Assembly: GCA_043228905.1 (NCBI GenBank)
Contig: JBHGNT010000014.1
Coordinates: 8,122,001 to 8,186,000, forward strand
Length of the DNA stretch: 64,000 nucleotides
Origin: Azolla caroliniana
Taxonomy: Eukaryota > Plantae > Polypodiophyta
Reading direction: 5' to 3'
Made by a program: the position numbers and the translations under genes. This document shows positions 24,603-36,490 of this stretch, piece by piece (positions within the stretch are counted from its first letter, which is position 1; every line of letters starts with the position of its first letter). The notes under the pieces were generated by a model. It had not been told where the DNA came from and did not search any database. It was given only the letters and a program-made list of their open reading frames with translations.

Positions 24603-27600
24603 TTATTGCGTAGTTTCTTCAATACTCCCCCTCAAGCTTGGCAAGTTAGGGATCGTCAACCCGAGATCGGTCATGAATTGCCATAGCTTGTCGGCTCCTA
24701 AGGCTTTAGTGAAGATGTCGTCCGTTTGAAGATTGGTGCTAATGTGTTGTAGGTCGACATCGCCAGCCAGAATGCGCTCTCGAATGAAGTGATAGTGCAC
24801 TTCGATGTGCTTTGTCCGCACGTGGAACATCGGGTTCCAAGCCAGATAGATACTGCTCATGTTGTCGCAGTAAAGGGAAGTCGGATCCTTGATGGGTACG
24901 TCCAGATCCTTCAAAATCCTCTTGAGCCATACGGTTTCACACGTAGCTACGGTTGCGCCCCTGTATTCCGCCTCCATACTCGAAAGAGCGATGGTAGGCT
25001 GCTTCTTGCTACTCCAGGATATTACTCCGCTGCCGAGGGAGAAAACAAATCCAGAGGTTGATCTTCTATCAACTTTGTAGCCAGCCCAATCGGCTTCTGT
25101 GTACCCCTCGAGTCGTATTGGCATCGCGGTCTTGTACAGGATACTGCAATCCATTGTGCCGCTCACGTAGCGTAGAACTCGCTTAGCGCAATCCAAGTGA
25201 GTATCACGCGGTGTTTGCATGAATTGGCAAAGGAGACCGACCGGATAATTAAGATCGGGTCGTGTGATCGTGAGGTAGATGAGACTCCCAATGAGTTGCC
25301 GATACTGAGTCGGCTCACACGCTTTGGTGCCGGAGTTCGCATCTAGTTTGAGATTACGATCGAGCGGGGCTGCCACGGATTTGCACTCAGCCATCCCGAA
25401 CTTGTATAACAAGTTGAGGATGTAGTGCCGTTGAGAGATCATGATTCTGGCCGGAGTCCGAATTACCTCGATGCCGAGGAAGTAGTGGAGCTCCTTCATG
25501 TCCGTCATCTCGAACTTCTCGGAAAGGAGGGATTTGACTTTATTGATTTCGACGAGATGCTCACCTCCAATGACTAGGTCATCCACATATAAAATGATGA
25601 CGATCGGACTTGCGGAATCGCTTCGTATGTAGAGGGAGTTGTCCAATTTTGACATACGGAAACCGATTTAATGAAGATATTGCGTTATCTTCGAATGCCA
25701 AGCACGCGGTGCTTGCTTGAGGCCGTAGAGTGGCTTCTTGAGTCGGCTTACAACTTTCGGATGGATGCTCGAGTTGAAGCCGGGTGGTTGGATCATGTAC
25801 ACCTCCTCTTCTAATTCGCCTTGTAGAAAGGCGTTCTTGACATCCATTTGATGGAGGTGCCACCCTTTCGCCGCGGCAATCGCAATTACGGTCCGCACCG
25901 TCGTCATCTTTGCCACCGGGGCAAAGGTCTCTTCATAGTCGACGCCATGTGTCTGAGCATATCCTTTCGCTATGAGTCGAGCTTTGTAGCGGTTTACAGA
26001 GCCATCAGCGTTATACTTCACTTTGTAGATCCATCTACATCCAATCGCCTTTTTGTGTGGTGACATGGGAAGGAGATCCCACGTCTCGTTCTTCCGTAGT
26101 GCCTGCATCTCCTTGTTCATTGCTTCGATCCATCGCGGGTCCTTCGCGGCTTCCGAAAAGGTTTCCGGCTCCCGTACTGTCACTACCTTCATCATAAAGG
26201 CGTAATGGTACGCCATATAATCCTTGTAGCCGAATCGGCTTACGGGGTTCTTGTCACGAGTGGATCGGCGGAGCTTTTCATTTGCAGAGATGAGGGCTTT
26301 CTTAGCTCCGATTGGTACCTCGAAACCGCCGAACTCACTGTCGAGTGAGTGAGTCGACTCATCGTCGTTGAAGTGATCGTCTTTGTATTCCGACATTTTT
26401 GCCTTGCCTTTGTCCATCTTCGAGCTAGGCCGTGATGTGCTTTGATCGTTCAAAGGCTCTTGTGGTCCGCTCAATCGGGTCGTGATCGGACTTTCTTCGA
26501 TCATGCGCGTAGGGCGATCTTCATCCTCGATCTCTTGTTCGGCAGATTCCGGGTCAAGTGGACTCGGAGTTGGAGTTGTCTCTAGTGCGTACCAGGATGC
26601 GGACTCGTCAAAAACGACGTCTCAACTTACTCAAGATTTTCGAGTTGAGGGGTTGTAGCACTTGTACCCCTTTTGCTCCAATGAGTATCCTACAAGGATA
26701 CATTTCTCCGAGTTTGGGTCAAGCTTTTGACGCTTCTCGTCGGGGATGTGCACGTACGCTATCGCGCCGAATATCCGGATGTGCGATAAATCCGGCTTCC
26801 TTCAGAAGTATTTTTCGTGCGGAGTGACCTCGTGCACGCCGGATGTTGTGCACCGGTTCATTAGGTAGACGGTCGTATTTGCAGCTTCGGCCCAATATGA
26901 CTTGGGCATATGCTTCTCATTCATCATGGCCCGCGCTACTTCGAGGATGTGCCGATTTTTGCGCTCGGCTACTTCGTTTTGTTGCGGAGTGTGTCGTCAA
27001 GTGAATTCTCACCGAATTCCTTCCTTTCGGAGGTACGCCGTGAAATCGTCCGAGAAGTACTCCTTGCCGCCATCCGATCGAAGGCATCGTACATGTCGGC
27101 CTATGGCTTTCTCGACTTCATTCTTAAAATTTTGGAAGTGTCTAAACACTTCGCTCTTTTGCCGCATCGGGTAGATCCAAGTGTGCCTAAAGAAGTCGTC
27201 GATGAAGAGCACGTAATATCGGCATCCGCCGAATGTAGCCCTCTGCGCCAGTCCCCATACGTCGGAATGGACTACGTCGAGTAGACCTTTGCTCACGTTC
27301 CGCTCTTTCGGGAATGGGTGTCGGTGTTGCTTGCCGAATTGGCACGCTTCGCATACACCTTCAATGTCCTTCTCTTTGAATGTCGAGAGTCCGATGACGA
27401 CTCCTTTTGATTTCATTGCTTTGAGTTTGTTGAGATTGATGTGGCCGATTCGTTTGTGCCATAGCTCTATGTCGGAGTTGGCTTTCGTGTTTTTCGCGAA
27501 CATGGCGGATTTCATCTCGCGTGAATCGAGAATAAACATCCGGCCCTCTCTTCGTCCGCGTGCGATGAGTTGACCCTCTTTTTCGATGAAGCAACCGCCT

Positions 27601-28960
27601 TGATTAAATCGAACTTACATCCCTTGCTCTACAATTTGGCCGACGGAGACCAAATTCTTTGTAATGGTCAGTACATGCAAGACCTTTTTAATGTAATTTT
27701 GCTTACCTTCTTTTCCGAACGGAACATTGCCAATGTGCCGAATCGAGTGTGTAGTGTCATCTCCAGTTTCGACATAGCCGGGTCGATCCGTCTCTCGAAG
27801 TTCTCGGAACCATTCTTGATGCGATGTCATATGGTTCAAGGCACCGGAATCGACGAACCATACATCTTCCGGACCAGAGGCACTAGTTGAGGTAGCGGCC
27901 GACGTAGAGTTTGCTCTATGTTTCATCATGAACATTCCGCCACGGTCGGAGTTGTGCGCATACATTCCGCCACGATCTTCGTAGTCGGAGTTGTGCCCGT
28001 ACATTTTGCCACGGTCGGAGTTGTGTGCATACATTCCGCCACGATCTTCGTAGTCGAAGTTGTGTGCGTAATTCGTGAGTTGTCGGCTTGTGGAAGCCGA
28101 TTCACGCATCTTCTTTCGGCACTCTTCTTCGTGGTGGTCAAGCTTTCCGCAATATTCGCATTCGGTTGCGTTTTGACGGCTCGGGCCGGAGTGGAAGCTC
28201 CCCCTTCTTGCGAAGGTTCCTCATTGGCCTCCGTTTTGCGGCCGAAATTGGGAGTTGTTGTCATAGGTCGGACCTCGTCCGCCTTGTCCTTGGCCGAATC
28301 AGCCTCTCGCTCGTCCGCTTCCTCTTCCTCCATTAGTGTGCGTGTAGAGCATGTGGCCTTCCAACTCATTGCTCCTTCCACGCACGTGGTTTTCTTCGAC
28401 CAATAGCATTGATTGGAGCTCGGAAAAGGAGGGAGATTTTTCCCGTGCTAGAACGGCAGTTCACATCGCGTCGAACCATGGTGCGAGGCCATCGAGGCAT
28501 ATTTGCACCATCTCATCATCATCTATACTTACGCTTATTGAGCCAAGCGAGTCGCAAAGCTCCTTGATCTTCAAGGTGTATGTCGTGATGGACATGTCCC
28601 TTTGTTGAATGTTGTTCAACTCTTAGCGGAGTTGAAGCTTCCTCGTGGTCGTGTTGGCAGCGAAAATCTTTCGTAGATTTTCCCACGCTTCCTTCGGCGT
28701 CTTGGCTTCTCGAATGTAACCGAGCATGTGGTCGTGAACACATGTCGCCAAACAATACATCACGCGGCTTGCGGCTTGCGGCTTGCTCCCATGTTGCGTA
28801 TCTGGGAGCCGCTTCGGCGGGTCGGTCTTCATGCGCTCCTTTGATGTAGCTCTAATAGCCTTGTCCGACAAGGTATTGGTGCATCTTGTACTCCCAAGAT
28901 GCGAAATTGTTTCGATCCAACTTCTCGGTAGGGAGAGTGCTCCCCATTTGAGTATTCATT
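24603..28960 (-). pseudogene. Copia-C polyprotein with several premature stops
   Basis: WFVDSGA; HSDVWG and LRSDGGKEY; [20 protein letters not shown] and YVDD; TKHIEVHYHF. Confidence 0.93.
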
Positions 28961-29106
28961 ATGTCGATTCTTCTTCTTCTTCTTCTCTCTTCGAATGCGA
29001 GCTATGTAGCGAAGCTACGATAGCTATGAGCCGGTTCTTGGTCGTCGGCGTAGAGCACAACACACGATCACGATGAGGCGAATGGGCTAGATCGAGCTAC
29101 CAAATC

Positions 29107-29118
29107 GCTTTGATACCA
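29107..29118 (-). promoter_or_regulatory. PBS, tRNA-iMet
   Basis: Minus strand tggtatcaaagc directly after the LTR. Confidence 0.9.
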
Positions 29119-29521
29119 TGTAAAGAATTAAGAGATGGATTCTTGTGAAGCGGAAGAGATGTGAGTTATGTGTGTGTGTAAGAGAGAGAGAGTGTGTGTG
29201 AGTGAGTGAGTGAGTGAGTGAGTGAAAACCAGAGAATGCGCAAGGTAAAAGTATATTGACAAAGGAGAAAGACTCAACCTTATACAAAGTGGGAGGAGGG
29301 TGCTTTATATAGTCACCCTCTCTCTTCATTAACTACAAGACTCATGGAGCATGGGGAATGTGAAAGCTCATAAGTTATGTGTCATAGAATATGATTCTAT
29401 GACTCATACTAAATGCTAGAATACAAAGTGGTGACTTAATGGTGACTCTTGACCGTTGGAGTGTCTATTCACTCTCAAGGTGAGTTCACACACTAGACCA
29501 AGTTGAGCTTGATTCTCAACA
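29119..29521 (-). repeat. Copia-C 5' LTR
   Basis: Identical to 23973-24375 except one base in the GA/GT microsatellite. Confidence 0.97.
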
Positions 29522-30119
29522 CACAATATCAGACAATAAGGTATTGGCAATTCCCCATAAAGTATCCCAATTACAATTATCCTTGTCAACCTCATCTACA
29601 TGTATTACTTCGGCATATGTCGCTTTTTTCTCATTAATTTCCTCAATGCCCTTAAACCTCTTAGAGCTTCCAATATCTTTCCTTTCATGATTACATTCAA
29701 CCATCACATTACTGTTTTTTGGATCAATTGTTTCAATATCGATGTCCCCCACAATTTGAGAGGAATTCATGTTTATATCCATTATTCTTGATGTGATAGT
29801 GATCCGGGATAAAAACAATTTTCCATGAACAAGAAAGACAACCGGAACTCACCCGATTGAAGAGGTCGAAGATGATAAATACAATCAAAGACCCGCAATG
29901 TGTGTTGAGTATGTGGATGCCAACAACACAAGATTCCTTATTTTAATCGTTGCTTCTCACACAAACCACCAAATTTAACTTGCTATATCTCGTTACGAAG
30001 CTCTAATCGAGGGCTTTCCAACTCATGTCTTTATGCTCGATTCCGTTACCAATAGAGAGCGCAACAATAAAAACAATTTCGCTTTTTCTTCCCCTCTCCA
30101 CTCTTGCTTTTTTTCTCTA

Positions 30120-30124
<5 letters not shown>

Positions 30125-30185
<61 letters not shown>

Positions 30186-30190
30186 TCTCT
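30125..30190. repeat. (CT)n microsatellite
   Basis: Direct reading. Confidence 0.98.
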
Positions 30191-30292
30191 TCTTGTAATT
30201 AGCTTACCCTATGGTAAGTTGTTAACATTACAAGCATTGTGTCTTGGGTTCGAAACCCAATTTTCTCACTTCTCTCTATTATATACTTCATG

Positions 30293-30685
30293 GAGGAAAG
30301 AATTTCTACTTGCTCCAATAAAGAAATTTGTCACATTAGTACTCCCTTTAACTTTGGTAGATTTTTTTATTATTTATGCCTACCATCAAATACAAAAGCA
30401 TTGCGCATATCCCAATTATGATGCAATATCCCCAATAGGAAAATGATCTCCATATCTAATTTTGGGTCGATCTAAGTGAATTATGTAAAGACCCACTAAA
30501 CATCGTGACAAAACTTATCGAATTTGAGAAATGTAACTGCAAATATGAAGAGCAATTGAGCATTGTATAAAACGATGAGTCTATCTTCCACATCTTGAAC
30601 AGAACAAAAGTAATTGCCTGTTGCTCGTCCATGTCACTTTAGTGCTAATCCCAAAGGCAATCAAAACCCTCCAAATGAAGATATT
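30293..30685 (-). mobile_element. LINE 3' fragment, a diverged copy of 18908-19330
   Basis: Shared blocks cttgctccaataaagaaa, tttgagaaatgtaact and gctaatcccaaaggcaatc. Confidence 0.85.
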
Positions 30686-31096
30686 TCTTTAGTAACTACC
30701 TTGCTTGAAATATTGGATGCATAATACTTTGACTATTAACAACAATTTAGTGAATATATCGTGAATATATCGACTTTCTTGAAATATTGACTACTAAACA
30801 ACAATTTAGTAACAAGTTTAGAAGAATGTTGGTAATGTATGATAAATTGGCACAAGAAAAGATATGTTCCACGTAAAGGTCATCAACGTGTGTAGCTACC
30901 ACTTTCTTATAAATTGTATAGATACAAATGAAACGATAAAGTGAATTTTTTTCCTCTAAATCCGTTATTATTAGGAAGAAAGTGGGTGACATGAGGATAG
31001 TCCATGCCTTACTTGAATAAACTCGCTTATCATAATACAGACATATATACGTACATACACACATGATGCACACAAACATTATGTCCTACCACTACC

Positions 31097-31187
31097 ATGG
31101 CTCTGCAGAATATAAGACTGATAATGATGATGATGATGACGACGACGAGGAGCATAGCTCTGGTGGATGATCATCACACAACCACAG
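31097..31187 (+). CDS. Putative exon 1 (leader) of the TPD1-like protein
   Basis: ccATGg start, 91 nt, donor CAG|gtagtg; phase 1 matches exon 2; signal peptide is weak. Confidence 0.5.
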
Positions 31188-31638
31188 GTAGTGTGCGTGT
31201 GTGTATCTCCATATCCCATTCAAGTTTCTGTTATGTTCTCGTCTGTTTTTTTTCTTTGGAAGACGTTTGGGTTATTCACTTGATGAATATGGTGCGGTTA
31301 GGGTTTTTGTAGAACTTATGTGTTTTCTTTTCAATCCTAACACAATCAAAATCACGATCACATACAAATGCACATACATATGCATAATGTGTACGTGTGT
31401 GTGTGTGTGTGTGTATGCATATACTACTGTTTTTTAACTCAAACCCACGGCAGCCAAAATTGAAGGAATCACTTCTAACAGAACTGTAGACAAACATAGT
31501 CAAACATGTCAAATGTTTAAAAGATATTCACTTACAATTGGCAATAACCATCTGTTGAAGGGCCAAAAATGGTCATTATGGCTAACCCTGCAGTTTTGGT
31601 AACAAAGTTCCCAATGTGTTTGGTGTCTGTGCTCCTAG

Positions 31639-31949
31639 GCAATTGCACGAAGGAGAACATTAAAATAATGCAGACACAGGTATCAAGGGGGAAACATCCA
31701 CGATGGAAAATGGTTGTTCTTAGTACGTGTGACACATGTGAGGCATCCATTGTGGAGGTGGCATGCCCAGGGTGGGTGGAACCAAAGGCAATCGAGGGAT
31801 ACATGTACCCTGTGGAGTTGGTGGACAAGGACCTTTGTATTTTAGGTGCACCCATATCCTCGACACAACCCTTCTCGTACGTCTATAAACAACACCTAGG
31901 CAAGATCAATCTCACTGTCTCCTTAGTGAAGTATTCATGTCCTAACTAA
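31639..31949 (+). CDS. Exon 2 of a TPD1-like (tapetum determinant 1-like) cysteine-rich protein, ~133 aa spliced
   Basis: Acceptor ctcctag|GC; six Cys in a TPD1-like spacing: CTKENIKIMQ..G.HP.W.M.V...CD.C....V.VAC...DLCIL..PI...F.Y.Y....L.V.....C. Confidence 0.65.
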
Positions 31950-32690
31950 TTAGTGCCCTGCCCTTCATGCTCGCGCATATAGAAGGAAGTCAATCACATG
32001 GTTTTATGAAGTAATAGATATTTGCAAGCATAAATGCAATTTCTTAGTGAAGCACATTATACACCACATTTCTTGACTTTTCTATCATTATAAGTCAATG
32101 TCTTAAAAGTATCATATATGAAATCCAGGTTGACATAGAACCTGCAACATGATAAACATTTGGAAATGCATTTGTTCTATTAAGTATTTAACTGTGAATG
32201 ATATAATGTGCAATGCTCATGTCAAATTTTATGTTCTGTTTTCAGTGAAGTACTCATTTTAAAATCCGAGTCCGGCTTGACGCTTGTCATGGTTGAGATG
32301 TTTTATTGTATAAAAGGAGTGTGTGGTCTATATGAAGCCATAAGTCTTCATGCCATGAGTGCATTAGATAACTTGGATTAATATGATTCTTGTGAATTTT
32401 TCCTTTGCCTGCCTCAAGCAAACATGTTCAAATTTCGTAAAACACAGTAACATATATATAAACAGATAGTTTTAGGCCAAACATTCACCATCTATGCATA
32501 GTTTTCTTCTGGAATTATGGCTCCTAGCCCCCAGCTTTCACATTACCTTGTATGAAATGTCCACAATTGGATACATTGCTGTAGCCTGTACTCATGTGTT
32601 TTTGGTATCTTTCTTCGACAATGTAATCAGTTTAAAATTTTCAATTTTCTAGAAAGAGTATTCATTGACACGCATACACACACACACACA

Positions 32691-32721
<31 letters not shown>

Positions 32722-33924
32722 ATGGAATGCTAACCCTGATGGGAATTTAAAAGCACTTGATGTTTCTGTCATTTGTTTTGTGTATCATTGTTTATTGCTT
32801 ATGGATTGTCGAGCATGGCGGTTGGCCCCATGCAAAATGCACTCAAGGATGGAGAGATCTTAGCATGTATTTTTTTCCAAAACAAGAGATCTTGATTCTT
32901 AGCGTTTGCTCCTTTCTAGACAATCACACAAACATAGTTTAAGGTGTTTAAGCCACTCAATAAATGCCATTGAATAGAATGACAAAGTTTCATTATTTAT
33001 GGATAATCTGAAATGAAGCATGTAATCATAGAACGTAATATTCGTGTTCGTGGAGGCATTCAAACGTTTGAAAACGTACACGTTTGAAAGGGGAAAAATA
33101 CGTGCTCCTTTTTTTTCTTTTTTTTTCCATTTGTTTTCATTGCAAATTTAGCCCATAATATAGACCATAGTTAATCCAATCAAACGTGTCAAACCAATCC
33201 AACTTTTAGTTGATTTACCATTCACGTTTTATTGAATCAAACGCGAATGCGAATGCACGTATGATACATATGGTTCATTCTATGCATGTAATATTATTCT
33301 TTAATTTAAAGCTAACATGAGACATATCCACAAAATAAAATAAAATCCAAGCTAGTACTTTGGAAGCTATTCATACTTGAAAAGGCACAAAGAGAGTTAT
33401 TTTTCAGGTTGGATGATGAGAAACATGTTGTGAATCATGACCATGTTCAAAGATTTGTCAAACTGATGATCTACTCTTAGGATTAATTTTTCCTCAACAT
33501 GATAGGTTCCCCTCAAGATGATAAAAGGAGGTAGGTAGTAAACACTTTTGATAACTAATAAAGAAAACAACTTGTGGAAAGTGGATTGTTGTATTAAATC
33601 AAGCTCGCATGTGAATTCAATTCAAGATAGCTATTTATTTTCAATACATGTCCTTTCAAACCAAAGTATCTCATCATGTTCAAGATCTTCCATCAGGGAT
33701 ACAAAATGTTGTTATAGTTTGAAGCGAAGTTATTTCAATACAACTACTACTTCACATTGGGGAGGGATATAATTCCCAAGATTATGGATTTTGTATTGAT
33801 CAATCATCAGTGGCCAATGTTATGTGTATGTAAATCCTCATTGGAATATCACAATAATAATTAATTATGTGAAATTGCATGCAAAAAAGTATAGTTGCAT
33901 ATGGGATTTTACGAGGGAAAAGAT

Positions 33925-34126
33925 GGGGGATGATTGGATTATTTTGATAATCAATGGATTCTAGAAAGAGTACGCAAGCTTCTACAAGAAAAACACAATT
34001 TTTATTTCAACACAATTCTGAATACACATTTGGGGATCATTGGATTATTTTGATAATCAATGGGTTTAAGAAAAGAGTATGCAAGCTTCTACAATTTTAA
34101 TTTCAACACAATTCTCAATACACATG
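33925..34126. repeat. Imperfect tandem duplication, ~100 bp x 2
   Basis: ttggattattttgataatcaatgg...gcaagcttctacaa...ttcaacacaattct occurs twice. Confidence 0.85.
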
Positions 34127-34469
34127 GATGCACCTGTCACCTAGTGATACTTTGCCTCAAAGTAAACATGTGTTGAAAGATTTGTTTTTCTACTTCTAGT
34201 GAAACTCTAATATAGACCAAAGGAAATATAACATCAAATGCGAAGGAATGTCATCATTATAATTCGAATTTGTTGGAGAAAGGGAAAAGTTAATGTTTTC
34301 CTAGGTGTACTTTAAAAGAAGAAAGCAATCTTCAAAACAATGAAGAGTTTAAATAGATTCACACGTATAAGAAAATATAACTTTGAAGTGAAGAATGTGT
34401 GGATTCTAACAAACTACTACCAACCACCAAGTCCACAATTTGTTGGAGTTGTTGGAAAGGATATTTCAT

Positions 34470-36490
34470 TCTTTTCTTTTTTTCTCTCTTTTTTCCAAAA
34501 AAAACTTCTTCCATTAGTTATAAAATTTTACAAATGAGATGATTATGTACAAATCCCTGTAGGGACGCGATAGTTCCATCTTATGTGGATGCCCACTAAC
34601 TCAAGAAAGGGAGAGGACGACCATTGTTGGATGAAGGCTATTCGTTGTCTTTCAACTCCATCGGAGCTGCCCTTGAGACCATCATATTGGCTCTTTAGAG
34701 TGACTACAATTTCACTCCATATCTCTTGCAGTAACATTGTTGGATGCGCGGTTTGGTTGGAGAAGACCCGTCTACACCGTTGTTTCCATAGAATCCAAAG
34801 AGTTATTGGGCTGACCAATTGCAACACAACTTGAGATTTGTCATTAAGAGGAGTTGAGTGGACATTGCTGATGGTGGAGAAAAAAACCTCTTTTGCTTTT
34901 ATCACCAAAGTCGTCCCCTCCTCCTGATGCTCGTATCTGCCAAATGGGGTCTGCCATGATAGCCAACATATATTTCCCCACTTGATTGAGCCTTGCACCT
35001 GGCATAATTGCAACAAGCGACCAACCCCCCGCCATATTCGATGGGACGTTGGGTAGTCCCACAAAGCGTGTCGTATTGATTCTACTACATTTGGACCTCT
35101 ACACAATTAGGAGAGCTAAGGTTCCCACGTTGCCATGCTCCCACCGGTAGTGACTTATGTATCAATAGCCATTGGAACGTGGTAATTCACCTCGCGTGTC
35201 GTATTGATTCTACTACATTTGGACCTCTACACAATTAGGAGAGCTAAGGTTCCCACGTTGCCATGCTCCCACCGGTAGTGACTTATGTATCAATAGCCAT
35301 TGGAACGTGGTAATTCACCTCGCGTGTCGTATTGATTCTACTACATTTGGACCTCTACACAATTAGGAGAGCTAAGGTTCCCACGTTGCCATGCTCCCAC
35401 CGGTAGTGACTTATGTATCAATAGCCATTGGAACGTGGTAATTCACCTCGCGTGTCGTATTGATTCTACTACATTTGGACCTCTACACAATTAGGAGAGC
35501 TAAGGTTCCCACGTTGCCATGCTCCCACCGGTAGTGACTTATGTATCAATAGCCATTGGAACGTGGTAATTCACCTCGCGTGTCGTATTGATTCTACTAC
35601 ATTTGGACCTCTACACAATTAGGAGAGCTAAGGTTCCCACGTTGCCATGCTCCCACCGGTAGTGACTTATGTATCAATAGCCATTGGAACGTGGTAATTC
35701 ACCTCGCGTGTCGTATTGATTCTACTACATTTGGACCTCTACACAATTAGGAGAGCTAAGGTTCCCACGTTGCCATGCTCCCACCGGTAGTGACTTATGT
35801 ATCAATAGCCATTGGAACGTGGTAATTCACCTCGCGTGTCGTATTGATTCTACTACATTTGGACCTCTACACAATTAGGAGAGCTAAGGTTCCCACGTTG
35901 CCATGCTCCCACCGGTAGTGACTTATGTATCAATAGCCATTGGAACGTGGTAATTCACCTCGCGTGTTGTTGTTTCCAGATTTTCTGCCAAAATTTGGTG
36001 ATAATTGTGTGAGGAACTTGATATGTGTGCCAGACCTTTGCAGTGGCCGGCTCTCGGCCAGTTTGAGCAACTAGGATGTGGCGACCCAATCTAGTTGTGA
36101 ATTGGAAGAAAGGGATGGGTTTGCTTCCTTGCTCTGCGTAAGGATCGTGCCATGTCCATTGCAAAGGGTCCCAACTGACCTTACGTAGCCATGTGTTTTC
36201 ATGAGTACATATGTGCTAATTGGGTTGTACTTTGATTAGATTGGGATCTACAATCCATTTATGACCAGTATACGTGAGTGCTCGAATTGCGTTATTCTGT
36301 GTTGGTGACTCAGTGTCTCACAATTTAGAGCCTTTGATCCTATCTGGTGACCCCCTACCTCTCGGGATCAAAGATCCCTCCTCCTCGTAGCCTATCCATT
36401 TCTCCATTGTCGTCCTATGAGTAGCGGCTTCCCTAATCAGTAGAGTGTTATTGATTTCCAATCTCATAGTCCATCCGCCCTTGATGCCAT
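34470..36490 (-). mobile_element. 5'-truncated LINE (ORF2 C-terminus, zf-RVT), decayed
   Basis: FWQKIWK..FQWLLIHKSLPVG..C...ESIRHALWD..LWILWKQRCRRVF; boundaries approximate. Confidence 0.8.
35066..35967. repeat. Perfect tandem array, 7 x 128 bp
   Basis: Units start at 35066, 35194, 35322, 35450, 35578, 35706 and 35834; gcgtgt at both ends. Confidence 0.97.

Larger units (their letters stand above)
23973..29521 (-). mobile_element. Copia-C: complete Ty1/Copia LTR retrotransposon, recent insertion
   Basis: Two 403-bp LTRs, perfect TSD CACAA (23968-23972 and 29522-29526), PBS-Met, PPT and gag-PR-IN-RT-RH order. Confidence 0.98.
18765..30124 (-). mobile_element. Near full-length L1-like LINE, degenerate, with Copia-C inserted in ORF1
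   Basis: ORF1 (CFGCGEWGHFMAEC knuckle), endonuclease (SRLDRMY, SDHFPI), RT (LDLEKGYDHV, RQGCPISPLLF, LADD) and a short A-tail at 18765-18772. Confidence 0.9.

Noticed and set aside
35066-35967. CRISPR-like array
   Set aside because: Units are contiguous and identical with no unique spacers, derive from LINE coding sequence, and there are no cas genes in this plant context
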